58,787 nucleotides of DNA from assembly GCA_049967655.1 (NCBI GenBank), contig JBMFSH010000016.1, forward strand, positions 1 through 58,787. The letters run 5' to 3'. A program made the position numbers and the translations under genes. Every line of letters begins with the position of its first letter. The stretch's first letter is position 1. This document shows positions 27,446 to 38,022 of this stretch, piece by piece. This DNA is from Acidobacteriota bacterium (GTDB taxonomy: Bacteria; Acidobacteriota; UBA4820; DSQY01). The notes under the pieces are model-generated. The model ran no database searches and was not told the origin of the DNA. It worked only from the letters and a program-made list of their open reading frames with translations.

Positions 27446-27737
27446 GCCCCCAGGATTGGGTAGTGTAGCAGAAGCCGGCCGGTACGGCACCTCTGACGAT
27501 GAGCCGAAATTCCGAGATGAGGGGATTAGGGGATTCCGGTAGCTCCTTCCCTGTCCCCTGTCCCTTGCCCCCTATAGCCAAGCGTTCACCCGGATCGCGG
27601 CCAGGCACCGCTCCTGCAAAGCAGTTGCGGCGCCATGGGGCGAGCGGGTAGAATGGCACTCCAGCCACGTGTAGGCGCCGATGCAAGCCTGGAGGAGTTG
27701 TCACCGTCGTACGCCACGTCTCTTTGCGAGGTGACCC

Positions 27738-29096
27738 ATGAGAGCCGTCAATCCAGCCACAGAAGAACCCGTTCGGGAGCTTCCCGACCACAACCTGGCG
27801 CAGGTGGACGAGAAGCTGGACCTCGCCGCCGAAACCTTCTATTTCTGGCGCCGCACCTCCTTCTCGGAGCGCGCCTCCCTCATGAAGGCCGCCGCCCGGA
27901 GGCTGAGGGACGGGAAGGGCCCCTACGCGGCGCTCATGACGCAGGAGATGGGCAAGACCATCACCGCCGCCGAGGCCGAGGTGGAGAAGTGCGCATGGGT
28001 CTGCGACTTTTACGCCGACAACGCCGAGCGCTTTCTGGCCCCGGAGCCCGTCAAGACGGATGCCGCTCGGAGCCTCGTACGCTTCGATCCTCTGGGGTCC
28101 GTGCTCGCCGTGATGCCCTGGAACTTCCCCTTCTGGCAGGTCTTCCGCTTCGCCGCCCCCGCGCTGATGGCCGGCAACGTGGGTCTCCTCAAGCACGCCT
28201 CCAACGTTCCGGGGTGCGCGCTCGCCATCGAGGAGGTCTTTCGCGCCGCCGGCTTTCCCATGGGGACCTTCCAGACCCTGCTGGTAGGCTCCAGGATCGT
28301 CGAGGGAATCATCCGCCACCCGGCGGTGCGCGCCGTAACCCTTACCGGCAGCGATCCCGCGGGCGTGGTCGTGGCGTCCCAGGCGGGAGCGGCCTTGAAG
28401 AAGACCGTGCTGGAGCTGGGGGGCTCCGACCCCTTCATCGTCCTTCGGGACGCGGACGTGGAGGCCGCGGCCCGTTCGGCGGCCACCGCCCGGACCATCA
28501 ACAACGGCCAGAGCTGCATTGCCGCCAAACGGTTCATCGTCGAAGAGGCCGTGGCCGACCGCTTCGAGTCGGCCCTCGTGTCGGCCATGGCGGCGCTGAA
28601 GGTGGGCGATCCCATGGACCGGTCAACGGACGTGGGCCCCCTGGCCCGGGCCGACCTGCGGGAGGAGCTCCAAGGCCAGGTGGACCGCACCGTGGCGGCG
28701 GGAGCGCACCTCGCCCTCGGCGGGCGCCCGATGGAGGGACGGGGCTACTTCTACCCGCCCACCGTATTGACCGGGGTCGAACCGGGCATGGCCGCCTTCG
28801 AGGAGGAGACCTTCGGCCCCGTGGCCGCCGTGGTCAGGGCCCAGGATGCGGAGCACGCTATCGTCCTGGCCAACGCCTCGCCCTTCGGCCTCGGGGCGTG
28901 CCTCTGGACCGCCGACACCGACAGGGGCGCGGCGCTGGCCGCGGAGGTGGAGGCCGGTGCGGTCTTCGTGAACGGCATCGTGAAGTCCGATCCCCGGCTG
29001 CCCTTCGGGGGGGTGAAGCGCTCGGGTTACGGCCGGGAGCTCGCCGCCTTCGGCATCCGGGAGTTCGTAAACATCAAGTCCGTCTGGATCGCCTGA
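27738..29096 (+). CDS. NAD(P)-dependent succinate-semialdehyde dehydrogenase-like aldehyde dehydrogenase
   Basis: [53 protein letters not shown]. Confidence 0.93.
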   Translation: MRAVNPATEEPVRELPDHNLAQVDEKLDLAAETFYFWRRTSFSERASLMKAAARRLRDGKGPYAALMTQEMGKTITAAEAEVEKCAWVCDFYADNAERFLAPEPVKTDAARSLVRFDPLGSVLAVMPWNFPFWQVFRFAAPALMAGNVGLLKHASNVPGCALAIEEVFRAAGFPMGTFQTLLVGSRIVEGIIRHPAVRAVTLTGSDPAGVVVASQAGAALKKTVLELGGSDPFIVLRDADVEAAARSAATARTINNGQSCIAAKRFIVEEAVADRFESALVSAMAALKVGDPMDRSTDVGPLARADLREELQGQVDRTVAAGAHLALGGRPMEGRGYFYPPTVLTGVEPGMAAFEEETFGPVAAVVRAQDAEHAIVLANASPFGLGACLWTADTDRGAALAAEVEAGAVFVNGIVKSDPRLPFGGVKRSGYGRELAAFGIREFVNIKSVWIA

Positions 29097-29133
29097 CGGG
29101 GCCGCCCCGCCGGGCTCTCAGGAGGAAGCGACC

Positions 29134-31128
<1,995 letters not shown>

Positions 31129-31923
31129 TGGGCCGGGAGCCCTCCGGGATGTCGTCCCAGGCCGGCTCCTCTCCGGGCTCGCCCTCCATCAAATCGAACC
31201 GCCGCAGAAGGGTCGTGGCCACCGTGGCGCAGTGCACCCGGGCTCCCGCCCGGCGGAGGGCTCGCGAGGCCTCCTTCAGCGTCGCGCCCGTGGTGCGGAT
31301 GTCGTCCACGAGGAGGACCCTGAGCCCCCGCACCCTGGGATCGGCGACGAAGGCGCCCGACAGGTTCCTCTGCCGCGCTGGGGCCGAGAGCCCCTTTTGG
31401 GTGCGCGGAGCCCTCCTGAGCCGCAGGAAGCGCCGGTGGGGCAGCCCCATGCGCCGCGCCGCGTGGGCGGCCAGGAGCCCCGCGGGCTCGAAACCGCGCA
31501 CCATCACCCTCCGCAGGGGACTGGGCACCCCCACCACCAGGTCCCATTCCTCCTGAGGCCAGCGCCGGCCGACCGCCCTCACCAGGGCACACGCCAGCAG
31601 GGAGGCGAGGGGGTACCGGCGCCGCTCCTTGTAGAGCAGGAGCAGGGATCGGACGGGGCCCCGGTAGATGAAGGCGCTGGCGTGGGATTCGTAGGGCGGG
31701 GGATCGCTCAGGCAGGCGCCGCAGACGTGGATCTCCTGGTCCTCAACGGGCGGGAGGGGAAGGCCGCAGATGGGGCACGCGAGCGGCGGCATCCGCTCCC
31801 TCTCCCGCCAGCACGCGCGGCAGAGCCCGGGGACGGGGCCTCCCGCGCTGTCCGCGCCGCAGAGGGAACAGGGGCCGTAGGGAAAGAGGAAGTTCAGGAT
31901 GGACCGGCAGGGGCCCCGCCCGG

Positions 31924-32310
31924 TCACGGGCTCGGCCGCCGCCCGGCGGCGGGAGGAAGGGGGCGGGTTCCGGCGGCGGGGGCCGTCCCCGCGGCGCCGG
32001 CACGGGGCGATTGGCTCGGGGAAGGGTCGGGGGGCGGAAGGTAGAGGATCTGTTCGCCGGGCTTCTTCAGAAAGAAGAGCTCCCGCGCCAGTTTCTCGTA
32101 GGTGTCCGGATCGGTCTTGAGCTTCCGGATCTCCTCCTTCAATTGCCCGTTTTCCTGCTGGAGGGTCTGGATCTCCGCCTGGAGGGACTGGACCTGCCTG
32201 CGAAGCGCCATGAGAGCCAACACTCCCCCTGGGCCCCAGATCAGGAGGGCCGCCATGGGAAGCCAGACGAGGACCACCAGCGCCCAGGCGAGCTGGGTTC
32301 TGGATCTCAC
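31924..32310 (-). CDS. ftsB: Septum formation initiator FtsB/DivIC family
   Basis: TM segment + coiled coil + [19 protein letters not shown] overlap with the eno stop. Confidence 0.85.
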   Translation of the reverse strand: MRSRTQLAWALVVLVWLPMAALLIWGPGGVLALMALRRQVQSLQAEIQTLQQENGQLKEEIRKLKTDPDTYEKLARELFFLKKPGEQILYLPPPDPSPSQSPRAGAAGTAPAAGTRPLPPAAGRRPSP

Positions 32311-33587
32311 CCGTTCAGCCGTCGCCGCACCTCCTCGCCCGCGAAGCGGGCCGCCGCGCCGAGCTCCTCTTCGATCCGCAGGAGCTGGTTGTACTTGGAG
32401 AGCCGGTCCATCCGGCAGGGTGCACCGGTCTTGATGAAGTCGGCGTTCACGGCCACGGCCAGGTCGGCGATGAAGCTGTCGTCCGTCTCCCCCGAGCGGT
32501 GGCTGATGACGACGCCGTAAGACGACCGCTTGGTGAGCTCCACGGCCTCGAGGGTCTCGGTCACGGTGCCGATCTGGTTGGGCTTGATCAACATGGCGTT
32601 GGCGATGCCTTCCTCGACGGCCTTGCGGATGAGCACGGGGTTGGTGACCACGTAGTCGTCCGCCACGAGCTGTGCTTTCCGGCCCAGGGCCCTCGTCAGG
32701 GCCTGCCATCCGGCCCTGTCGTGCTCGCCCACCCCGTCCTCGATGGAGAGCAGGGGATAGCGCGCCACCCAGCCCGAGTAGAGGGTCACGAGTTCCTCGG
32801 CGCTCTTGAGGCCGCCGACCCGGTAGGCCTTCTTCTCGGAGTCCCACGCGTTGCTGGCCGCCGCGTCGATGCCCAGGGCGATTTCGCGGCCCGGCTTGTA
32901 CCCCGCCTTCTCAATGGCCTGAACGAGGATGGCCAGGACCTCCTCCTCGTTCTCCAGGTTGGGCGCGAACCCGCCCTCGTCGCCGATGCCGGTGGAGAGC
33001 CCCTTGGCCTTGAGCAGGCCCTTGAGAACGTGGTAGGTCTCCGCGCCCCAGCGGAGCGCCTCGCGGAAGGAGGGCGCCCCCAGGGGGATGAGCATGAACT
33101 CCTGGACGTCCAGGTTGTTGTCGGCGTGGGCCCCGCCGTTCACCACGTTCATCATGGGCACGGGCAGCCGGTGGGCGAAGGCCCCGCCGAGGTAGCGGTA
33201 GAGAGGCATCCCGAGCGACACCGCCGCCGCCCGCGCCACCGCCTCCGACACACCGAGGAGGGCGTTGGCCCCGAGGGCGCCCTTGTTGTCGGTGCCGTCA
33301 AGCCGCAGCATCTCAAGGTCGAGGCCGCGCTGGTCCAGGGCGTCCGCCCCCTCCAGCGCGTCGGCGAGGGTTTTGTTCACGTGTTCCACCGCCTTCAGGA
33401 CGCCCTTGCCCTGGTAGCGGTTCTTGTCCCCATCTCTGAGCTCCACCGCCTCGGCCTCGCCGGTGGAGGCGCCGGAAGGCACGGAAGCGCGCGCGGCGGC
33501 GCCGTCCTCCAGCACCACTTCGACCTCCACCGTCGGGTTTCCGCGGGAGTCCAGGATTTCTCTGGCCAGAATCTGATCTATGAACAT
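32307..33587 (-). CDS. eno: Enolase
   Basis: [43 protein letters not shown]. Confidence 0.98.
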   Translation of the reverse strand: MFIDQILAREILDSRGNPTVEVEVVLEDGAAARASVPSGASTGEAEAVELRDGDKNRYQGKGVLKAVEHVNKTLADALEGADALDQRGLDLEMLRLDGTDNKGALGANALLGVSEAVARAAAVSLGMPLYRYLGGAFAHRLPVPMMNVVNGGAHADNNLDVQEFMLIPLGAPSFREALRWGAETYHVLKGLLKAKGLSTGIGDEGGFAPNLENEEEVLAILVQAIEKAGYKPGREIALGIDAAASNAWDSEKKAYRVGGLKSAEELVTLYSGWVARYPLLSIEDGVGEHDRAGWQALTRALGRKAQLVADDYVVTNPVLIRKAVEEGIANAMLIKPNQIGTVTETLEAVELTKRSSYGVVISHRSGETDDSFIADLAVAVNADFIKTGAPCRMDRLSKYNQLLRIEEELGAAARFAGEEVRRRLNG

Positions 33588-33825
33588 GGCGGACCTCCCC
33601 TTTGATAGTAACCCACGTCGCGCTTCATGTCCTCCTTCAGGAAACAAAGCCACCGCCAGCGCCCTACGTAATTTCCCCCTCTCCCCACGATGCGAAGAGA
33701 GGCGGCGGAAGGGACATCCCGAGCCTCACCCGCCGCTCTGGATGCAACGCCCCTGCGCGAGTCACGCCCAGTGACAGGCCCAAAGGCCGAAAGGTCCGTA
33801 CGGGCCCTTCTCTGGCCTGGTGTGA

Positions 33826-35715
33826 CTAGGACGCTAAATGCGCCGCCATGAGAACGGGGCCGCGGGCTCGCCATCCCGGCACCAGCAGTCTGGCCTGGTC
33901 GCCCTTGAAGTCGTGGCAGTTGGTGCAAGCGCCGTCGCTCTTGTAGTGGTTCACCTTGTCGGTGTGGCAGGTTTCGCAGGTAGCGCGCCCCGTGACCACG
34001 AAGGTGTGGGGCTTGTGGCAGTCCGTGCAGGATGCGTCGGGGTGGCCCCCCTTCAGGTGCAGGCCGCCCAGGGAGGTGTGGCAACTCTTGCAGTCCACGA
34101 TGGGCTGGACCTCCTGGGCCTTGAGGTGGCAGGTGTCGCAGCCCATCTCGATCATGGGGGCCTTTTCGCTGATCTTGTGGCAGCCCGCGCAGGTTTCCGG
34201 CGGCCGGTAGCCGGCGGCGTGACAGCGGCTGCAGAGGATCTCGGCGTGCTTGCCCTTCAGCTCCCAGGGGTGCCAGTTCTCGGTGCTCGCGGGCATGACC
34301 TGGCCCAGGGGCACCAGCGGCCCGCGCTGGGGCATGGTGTGGCAGGTGGTGCAGCTACGGGTGATGGGCTTGCCGGTGGTTGTGGAGAGGTGCCGGCCAT
34401 CATGGCAGCGGAAGCAACCTGGCCAGTTGCGGTGGCCGATGTTGTTCGCGTAGGTGGTCCAGTTTACCTTCATGGCTGGAAAGACGCTTCGGTCGTAGAT
34501 ACCGATGGCCGTGTCCACCGCCTGCTGGATGTCCGCGCCTTTGGCCTTGGCGAGGTCTGGATAGTTCTTCTCGTAATAGCCGGTGATGGTCTTCTTGAGG
34601 CCTTCGCGGGCGCTGGGGCGATCGGGGTAGTTCTGGACGAGGGCATCCACGGTGACTTTCTTGATCCAGGGGAGGGAACGATCGATGTTGCCCGCGGCCA
34701 TGGCGTTGTCCACCGCGGGTCCAGGCGCCGGGAAGATGTGGGTGGGGCGGTTGTGGCAGTCGATGCAGTCGACCGTGTGCCTGGGGAGTGCCGCGAGTTG
34801 GGCTGGCGTCAGTTTGGAGTCCTTACTAACGAAGGTCTCGGTGGTGCCATCGGCGTGCTTGACCTCTACCCAGGGGATATTCTCCTGCTGGGGATCGGTG
34901 GCCGCGAAGGTGACGGTGTTCCCCAGGATCATGTGCCAGTGGATACCGCTCGTGGCGCCAAGAGCCGCCTCGCCTCCGCCGATTTTCAGCAGGAGGCTGA
35001 TCTCCTCGGGAGTATTCTTCTCATCGTACCCGAAGTGCGGAATCTGAACGAGCTGGGCTCCGTAGAACTTTTTGGGCCAGTGGCACTCTTCGCAGGTTTC
35101 CCGGGCGGGGCGCAGGTTCTTGATGGGGACCGGGATGGGCGTGGGGTAGGTATGGAAGAGGGTGGCGATCACCTGCCGGGCGCCGGACATCTTTGACTTC
35201 ACATACCACGAGGCCCCAGAGCCCACGTGGCACTCCACGCACTTGACCCGGGCATGAGGAGAGTGGAGATACGCCGTGTACTCCGGCTGCATGATGGTGT
35301 GGCAGATTCGCCCGCAGAAGGTTACGGACTCGGTGAACATGAAGGCGTTGTAGGAGACGAACCCCATGAGGACGACCCCCACGAACCCTCCCACCAGGAC
35401 GTAGGCGAAGCGCTTGCGCTGGAGGGGGTCGTTGAGATCCAGCTTGGGGTAGGGAAGCGCCTCGGTCTCGGGTCCTAGCTTCCTGCGGCGAAGGCTCTCG
35501 CGCCTCATCCCGTACAGGAAGATGAGGCCGCCCAGCGTCAGGAACGCCGGGAAGACCATGTAGGTGAAAATCCCCAGGTAGGGGCTCGGCCGGGAGAGGC
35601 CGAACTCGAGAATCAGGGCGAAGGCGATAAGCACCGCCGTGGCCACCACAACGAGGCCGCCGAAGTAACTCAAGGTGTTGCGATAGAGCTCCCTGCCCTT
35701 GCGCTTCTCCGACAC
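33826..35715 (-). CDS. Inner-membrane multiheme c-type cytochrome, NapC/NirT (ImcH-like) core with extra C-terminal hemes
   Basis: Three N-terminal TM helices; 12 CxxCH plus one CxxxCH; LRPARETCEECHWP; GTG 35715 follows GGAGG (alternative GTG 35721). Confidence 0.88.
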   Translation of the reverse strand: MSEKRKGRELYRNTLSYFGGLVVVATAVLIAFALILEFGLSRPSPYLGIFTYMVFPAFLTLGGLIFLYGMRRESLRRRKLGPETEALPYPKLDLNDPLQRKRFAYVLVGGFVGVVLMGFVSYNAFMFTESVTFCGRICHTIMQPEYTAYLHSPHARVKCVECHVGSGASWYVKSKMSGARQVIATLFHTYPTPIPVPIKNLRPARETCEECHWPKKFYGAQLVQIPHFGYDEKNTPEEISLLLKIGGGEAALGATSGIHWHMILGNTVTFAATDPQQENIPWVEVKHADGTTETFVSKDSKLTPAQLAALPRHTVDCIDCHNRPTHIFPAPGPAVDNAMAAGNIDRSLPWIKKVTVDALVQNYPDRPSAREGLKKTITGYYEKNYPDLAKAKGADIQQAVDTAIGIYDRSVFPAMKVNWTTYANNIGHRNWPGCFRCHDGRHLSTTTGKPITRSCTTCHTMPQRGPLVPLGQVMPASTENWHPWELKGKHAEILCSRCHAAGYRPPETCAGCHKISEKAPMIEMGCDTCHLKAQEVQPIVDCKSCHTSLGGLHLKGGHPDASCTDCHKPHTFVVTGRATCETCHTDKVNHYKSDGACTNCHDFKGDQARLLVPGWRARGPVLMAAHLAS

Positions 35716-35908
35716 AGACACCTCCTCTATCTTTTCGCCCCGATTCGAATATGGTTAAGTGTAGTCGCCGGCCCCTTTCTTGAAAAGGGTGGCCTCCGAG
35801 CCGCCGGGCGGGGTGGGGGCAATTGAGCCAAAATTGGCCATATTTCCCGAATCCCCCAAACCGCCGATGGGTGCTGGATTTCCGCGCTCCGGCAAGGGCG
35901 CTGGCGGA

Positions 35909-36026
35909 GCCCAATCCCGCGATGGGGGAGGGGAATAGCCGTGGAAGGTGCGACAGCTCACGCACAGTGGGAAGGGGTGTCACACCCACTGAGGGATCGG
36001 GGGCCATCGAGTCGAAGGCCCCGGCT
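35909..36026. mobile_element. Degenerate fragment of the MITE family (right end, inverted)
   Basis: CCCAATCCCGCGATGG..GAGGGAATA and GGGATCGGGG..TCGAGTCGAAGGC resemble the reverse complement of 40820-40936; no partner end found. Confidence 0.45.
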
Positions 36027-36277
36027 TTCCTTCGCCGACCCGCGAGCCGGGCCAGCGGGGCCGGGAGTTGCCCTCCGGCGGACCCTTGGATAAGATGGCC
36101 GACCATGGTGCCGGCTCTGGAATTCCAGCCACGGAGGCGTTTGAAGGCGGCCTGGGGCCCCCTCGCGGCGGTTTCTCCACACCTGCCGGAGGCGGGAGGA
36201 GGTGCGCTCTCCGCGCTCGCGCCTCCGGGCGTCGGGGGCGGGAAGGGGCGCATCCGGCTGCCGCCCGGCGGCGCCGC

Positions 36278-36940
36278 ATGATCCGCTTCTACCACGTGGA
36301 CAAGGTGTACAGGGGGGAAGCGCACGCCCTCGAGGACGTGAACCTCATCATCCATCCCCGGCAGTTCTGTTTCGTGACGGGCTCCTCCGGGGCCGGCAAG
36401 AGCACCCTGCTCAAGCTCATCATCCGGGAGGAGCGGCCCTCCGCGGGCCAGATCCTCGTGAACGGCCGCAACCTCGCCAGCCTGCCCGAACGCCAGATGC
36501 CCCACTTCCGGCGCCGCATCGGCGTGGTGTTTCAGGACTTCCGGCTCATCCCCACGCGGACCGTCTTCGAGAACGTCGCCCTCGTCCTCATGATCCAGGG
36601 CATCCCCGTGAAGGAGCGCAAGCGGCGGGCCTTCGAGGCCCTCCGGTGGGTGGGGCTACAGAGCAGGATGTCCTCCTTTCCCGAGCAGCTCTCGGGGGGC
36701 GAGCAGCAGCGCGTGGCCATCGCAAGGGCCCTCATCAACCGCCCCGTGATGCTGCTGGCCGACGAGCCCACGGGGAACCTCGACCCGGACCTGGCCCGGG
36801 AGATCATCACCCTGTTCAGGGAGGTGAACGCGGCGGGAACCACCGTGGTGGTGGCCACCCACGACCGCGCGCTCATCCAGGAGTTCGGGGGACGGGTCGT
36901 CATCCTGGAGCGCGGCAAGCTCGTGGACGACGGGGAATGA
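36278..36940 (+). CDS. ftsE: Cell division ATP-binding protein FtsE
   Basis: GSSGAGKSTL, IGVVFQDFRL, LSGGEQQRVAIARA, ADEPTGNLD. Confidence 0.95.
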   Translation: MIRFYHVDKVYRGEAHALEDVNLIIHPRQFCFVTGSSGAGKSTLLKLIIREERPSAGQILVNGRNLASLPERQMPHFRRRIGVVFQDFRLIPTRTVFENVALVLMIQGIPVKERKRRAFEALRWVGLQSRMSSFPEQLSGGEQQRVAIARALINRPVMLLADEPTGNLDPDLAREIITLFREVNAAGTTVVVATHDRALIQEFGGRVVILERGKLVDDGE

Positions 36941-36992
36941 GGACGGCACGAGGCAGCGAGGCGCGCGGCCGAGGCCGCGCAGAGGGGGTTTC

Positions 36993-37892
36993 GTGAGCTG
37001 GCTTCGCACGATTCTCTATTTCTTCAGCGAAGGGACGCTGGCCCTGTGGCGCCACAGGGCCCTCCACGGCTTCGCGCTCTTCATCGTCACCCTCTCCCTC
37101 TTCGTGCTGGGCTTCTCCCGCTACCTCACGGGGAACGTGAACGCACTGGTGCAGAGCTGGCAGGACGACCTGGAGGTGCGCGTCTTCTTCGACGACGCGC
37201 TGCCCCAGGACCAGATCCTGGCGATCCAGCGCAAGCTGGAGAAGGTCCCCTGCGTGGCCTCGGCCCGTCTGGTGACACCCGAGGAGGCCCTCAAGATCCT
37301 CTCGCGGTTCGCCCCCGCCTTCGCGCAGGCCTCCTCGGAGCTCGGCGAGAACCCGCTTCCCCCGTCCCTCTCGCTCCGCCTCAAATCTCCGCCCGACCTC
37401 GCGGCCGTGCGGCGGATGGTGGCCGAGGCGGGCAAGCTGCCCGGCGTGAGCCAGGTCCTCTTCGACTGGCAGTGGGTGGAGAAGATCCGGGCCTACTCGC
37501 GGTTCGTCTCCCTGCTGGGCTGGATTCTCTTCGGCGCGCTCAGCGTGGCGGCGGTCTTCACCGTGGCCGCCATCACCCGGATCATGGTGCTCTCCCGCCG
37601 CGAGGAGATCGCCATCCTCCACTTCGTCGGCGCCACGGCCGCCCGGATACGCGGCCCCTTCGTGGCCAGCGGAATGATCCTGGGGTTCCTCGCGGGCCTC
37701 CTGGCCCTCCTGCTGCTGGCCGTGACCCACCTCGTTCTCCACCGGGTGGCCGGCCCCGACGCCCTCCTGCTGACGTGGGTCTCGAAGTCCTTCCTCCCGC
37801 TCGCGGACCAGGCAGCCCTCCTGCTCATGGGGACCTTCCTGGGCGGCGCGGGCGGAGGAGTCTCCCTGGGAGGCCCGGAGCACTGGAGCTAG
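36993..37892 (+). CDS. ftsX: Cell division permease FtsX
   Basis: ENPLPPS, RREEIAILHFVGAT..IRGPF; follows ftsE. Confidence 0.92.
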   Translation: MSWLRTILYFFSEGTLALWRHRALHGFALFIVTLSLFVLGFSRYLTGNVNALVQSWQDDLEVRVFFDDALPQDQILAIQRKLEKVPCVASARLVTPEEALKILSRFAPAFAQASSELGENPLPPSLSLRLKSPPDLAAVRRMVAEAGKLPGVSQVLFDWQWVEKIRAYSRFVSLLGWILFGALSVAAVFTVAAITRIMVLSRREEIAILHFVGATAARIRGPFVASGMILGFLAGLLALLLLAVTHLVLHRVAGPDALLLTWVSKSFLPLADQAALLLMGTFLGGAGGGVSLGGPEHWS

Positions 37893-38022
37893 CGGGGCGC
37901 TGGGCGCCCAGGTTCCCTGCCCGCGGGCCGGCGTCCGCTAGACAAACGGGCCGCGCGCCCGTCTAATCGGATAGGTGCCTGCGCGGCGGAGATCCTTTCG
38001 GCGGGAAGAGGGGGAGGAGAGC

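Noticed and set aside
27504..27519. CCGAAATTCCGAGATG resembling the MITE end
   Set aside because: Two mismatches, no partner end and no target duplication found
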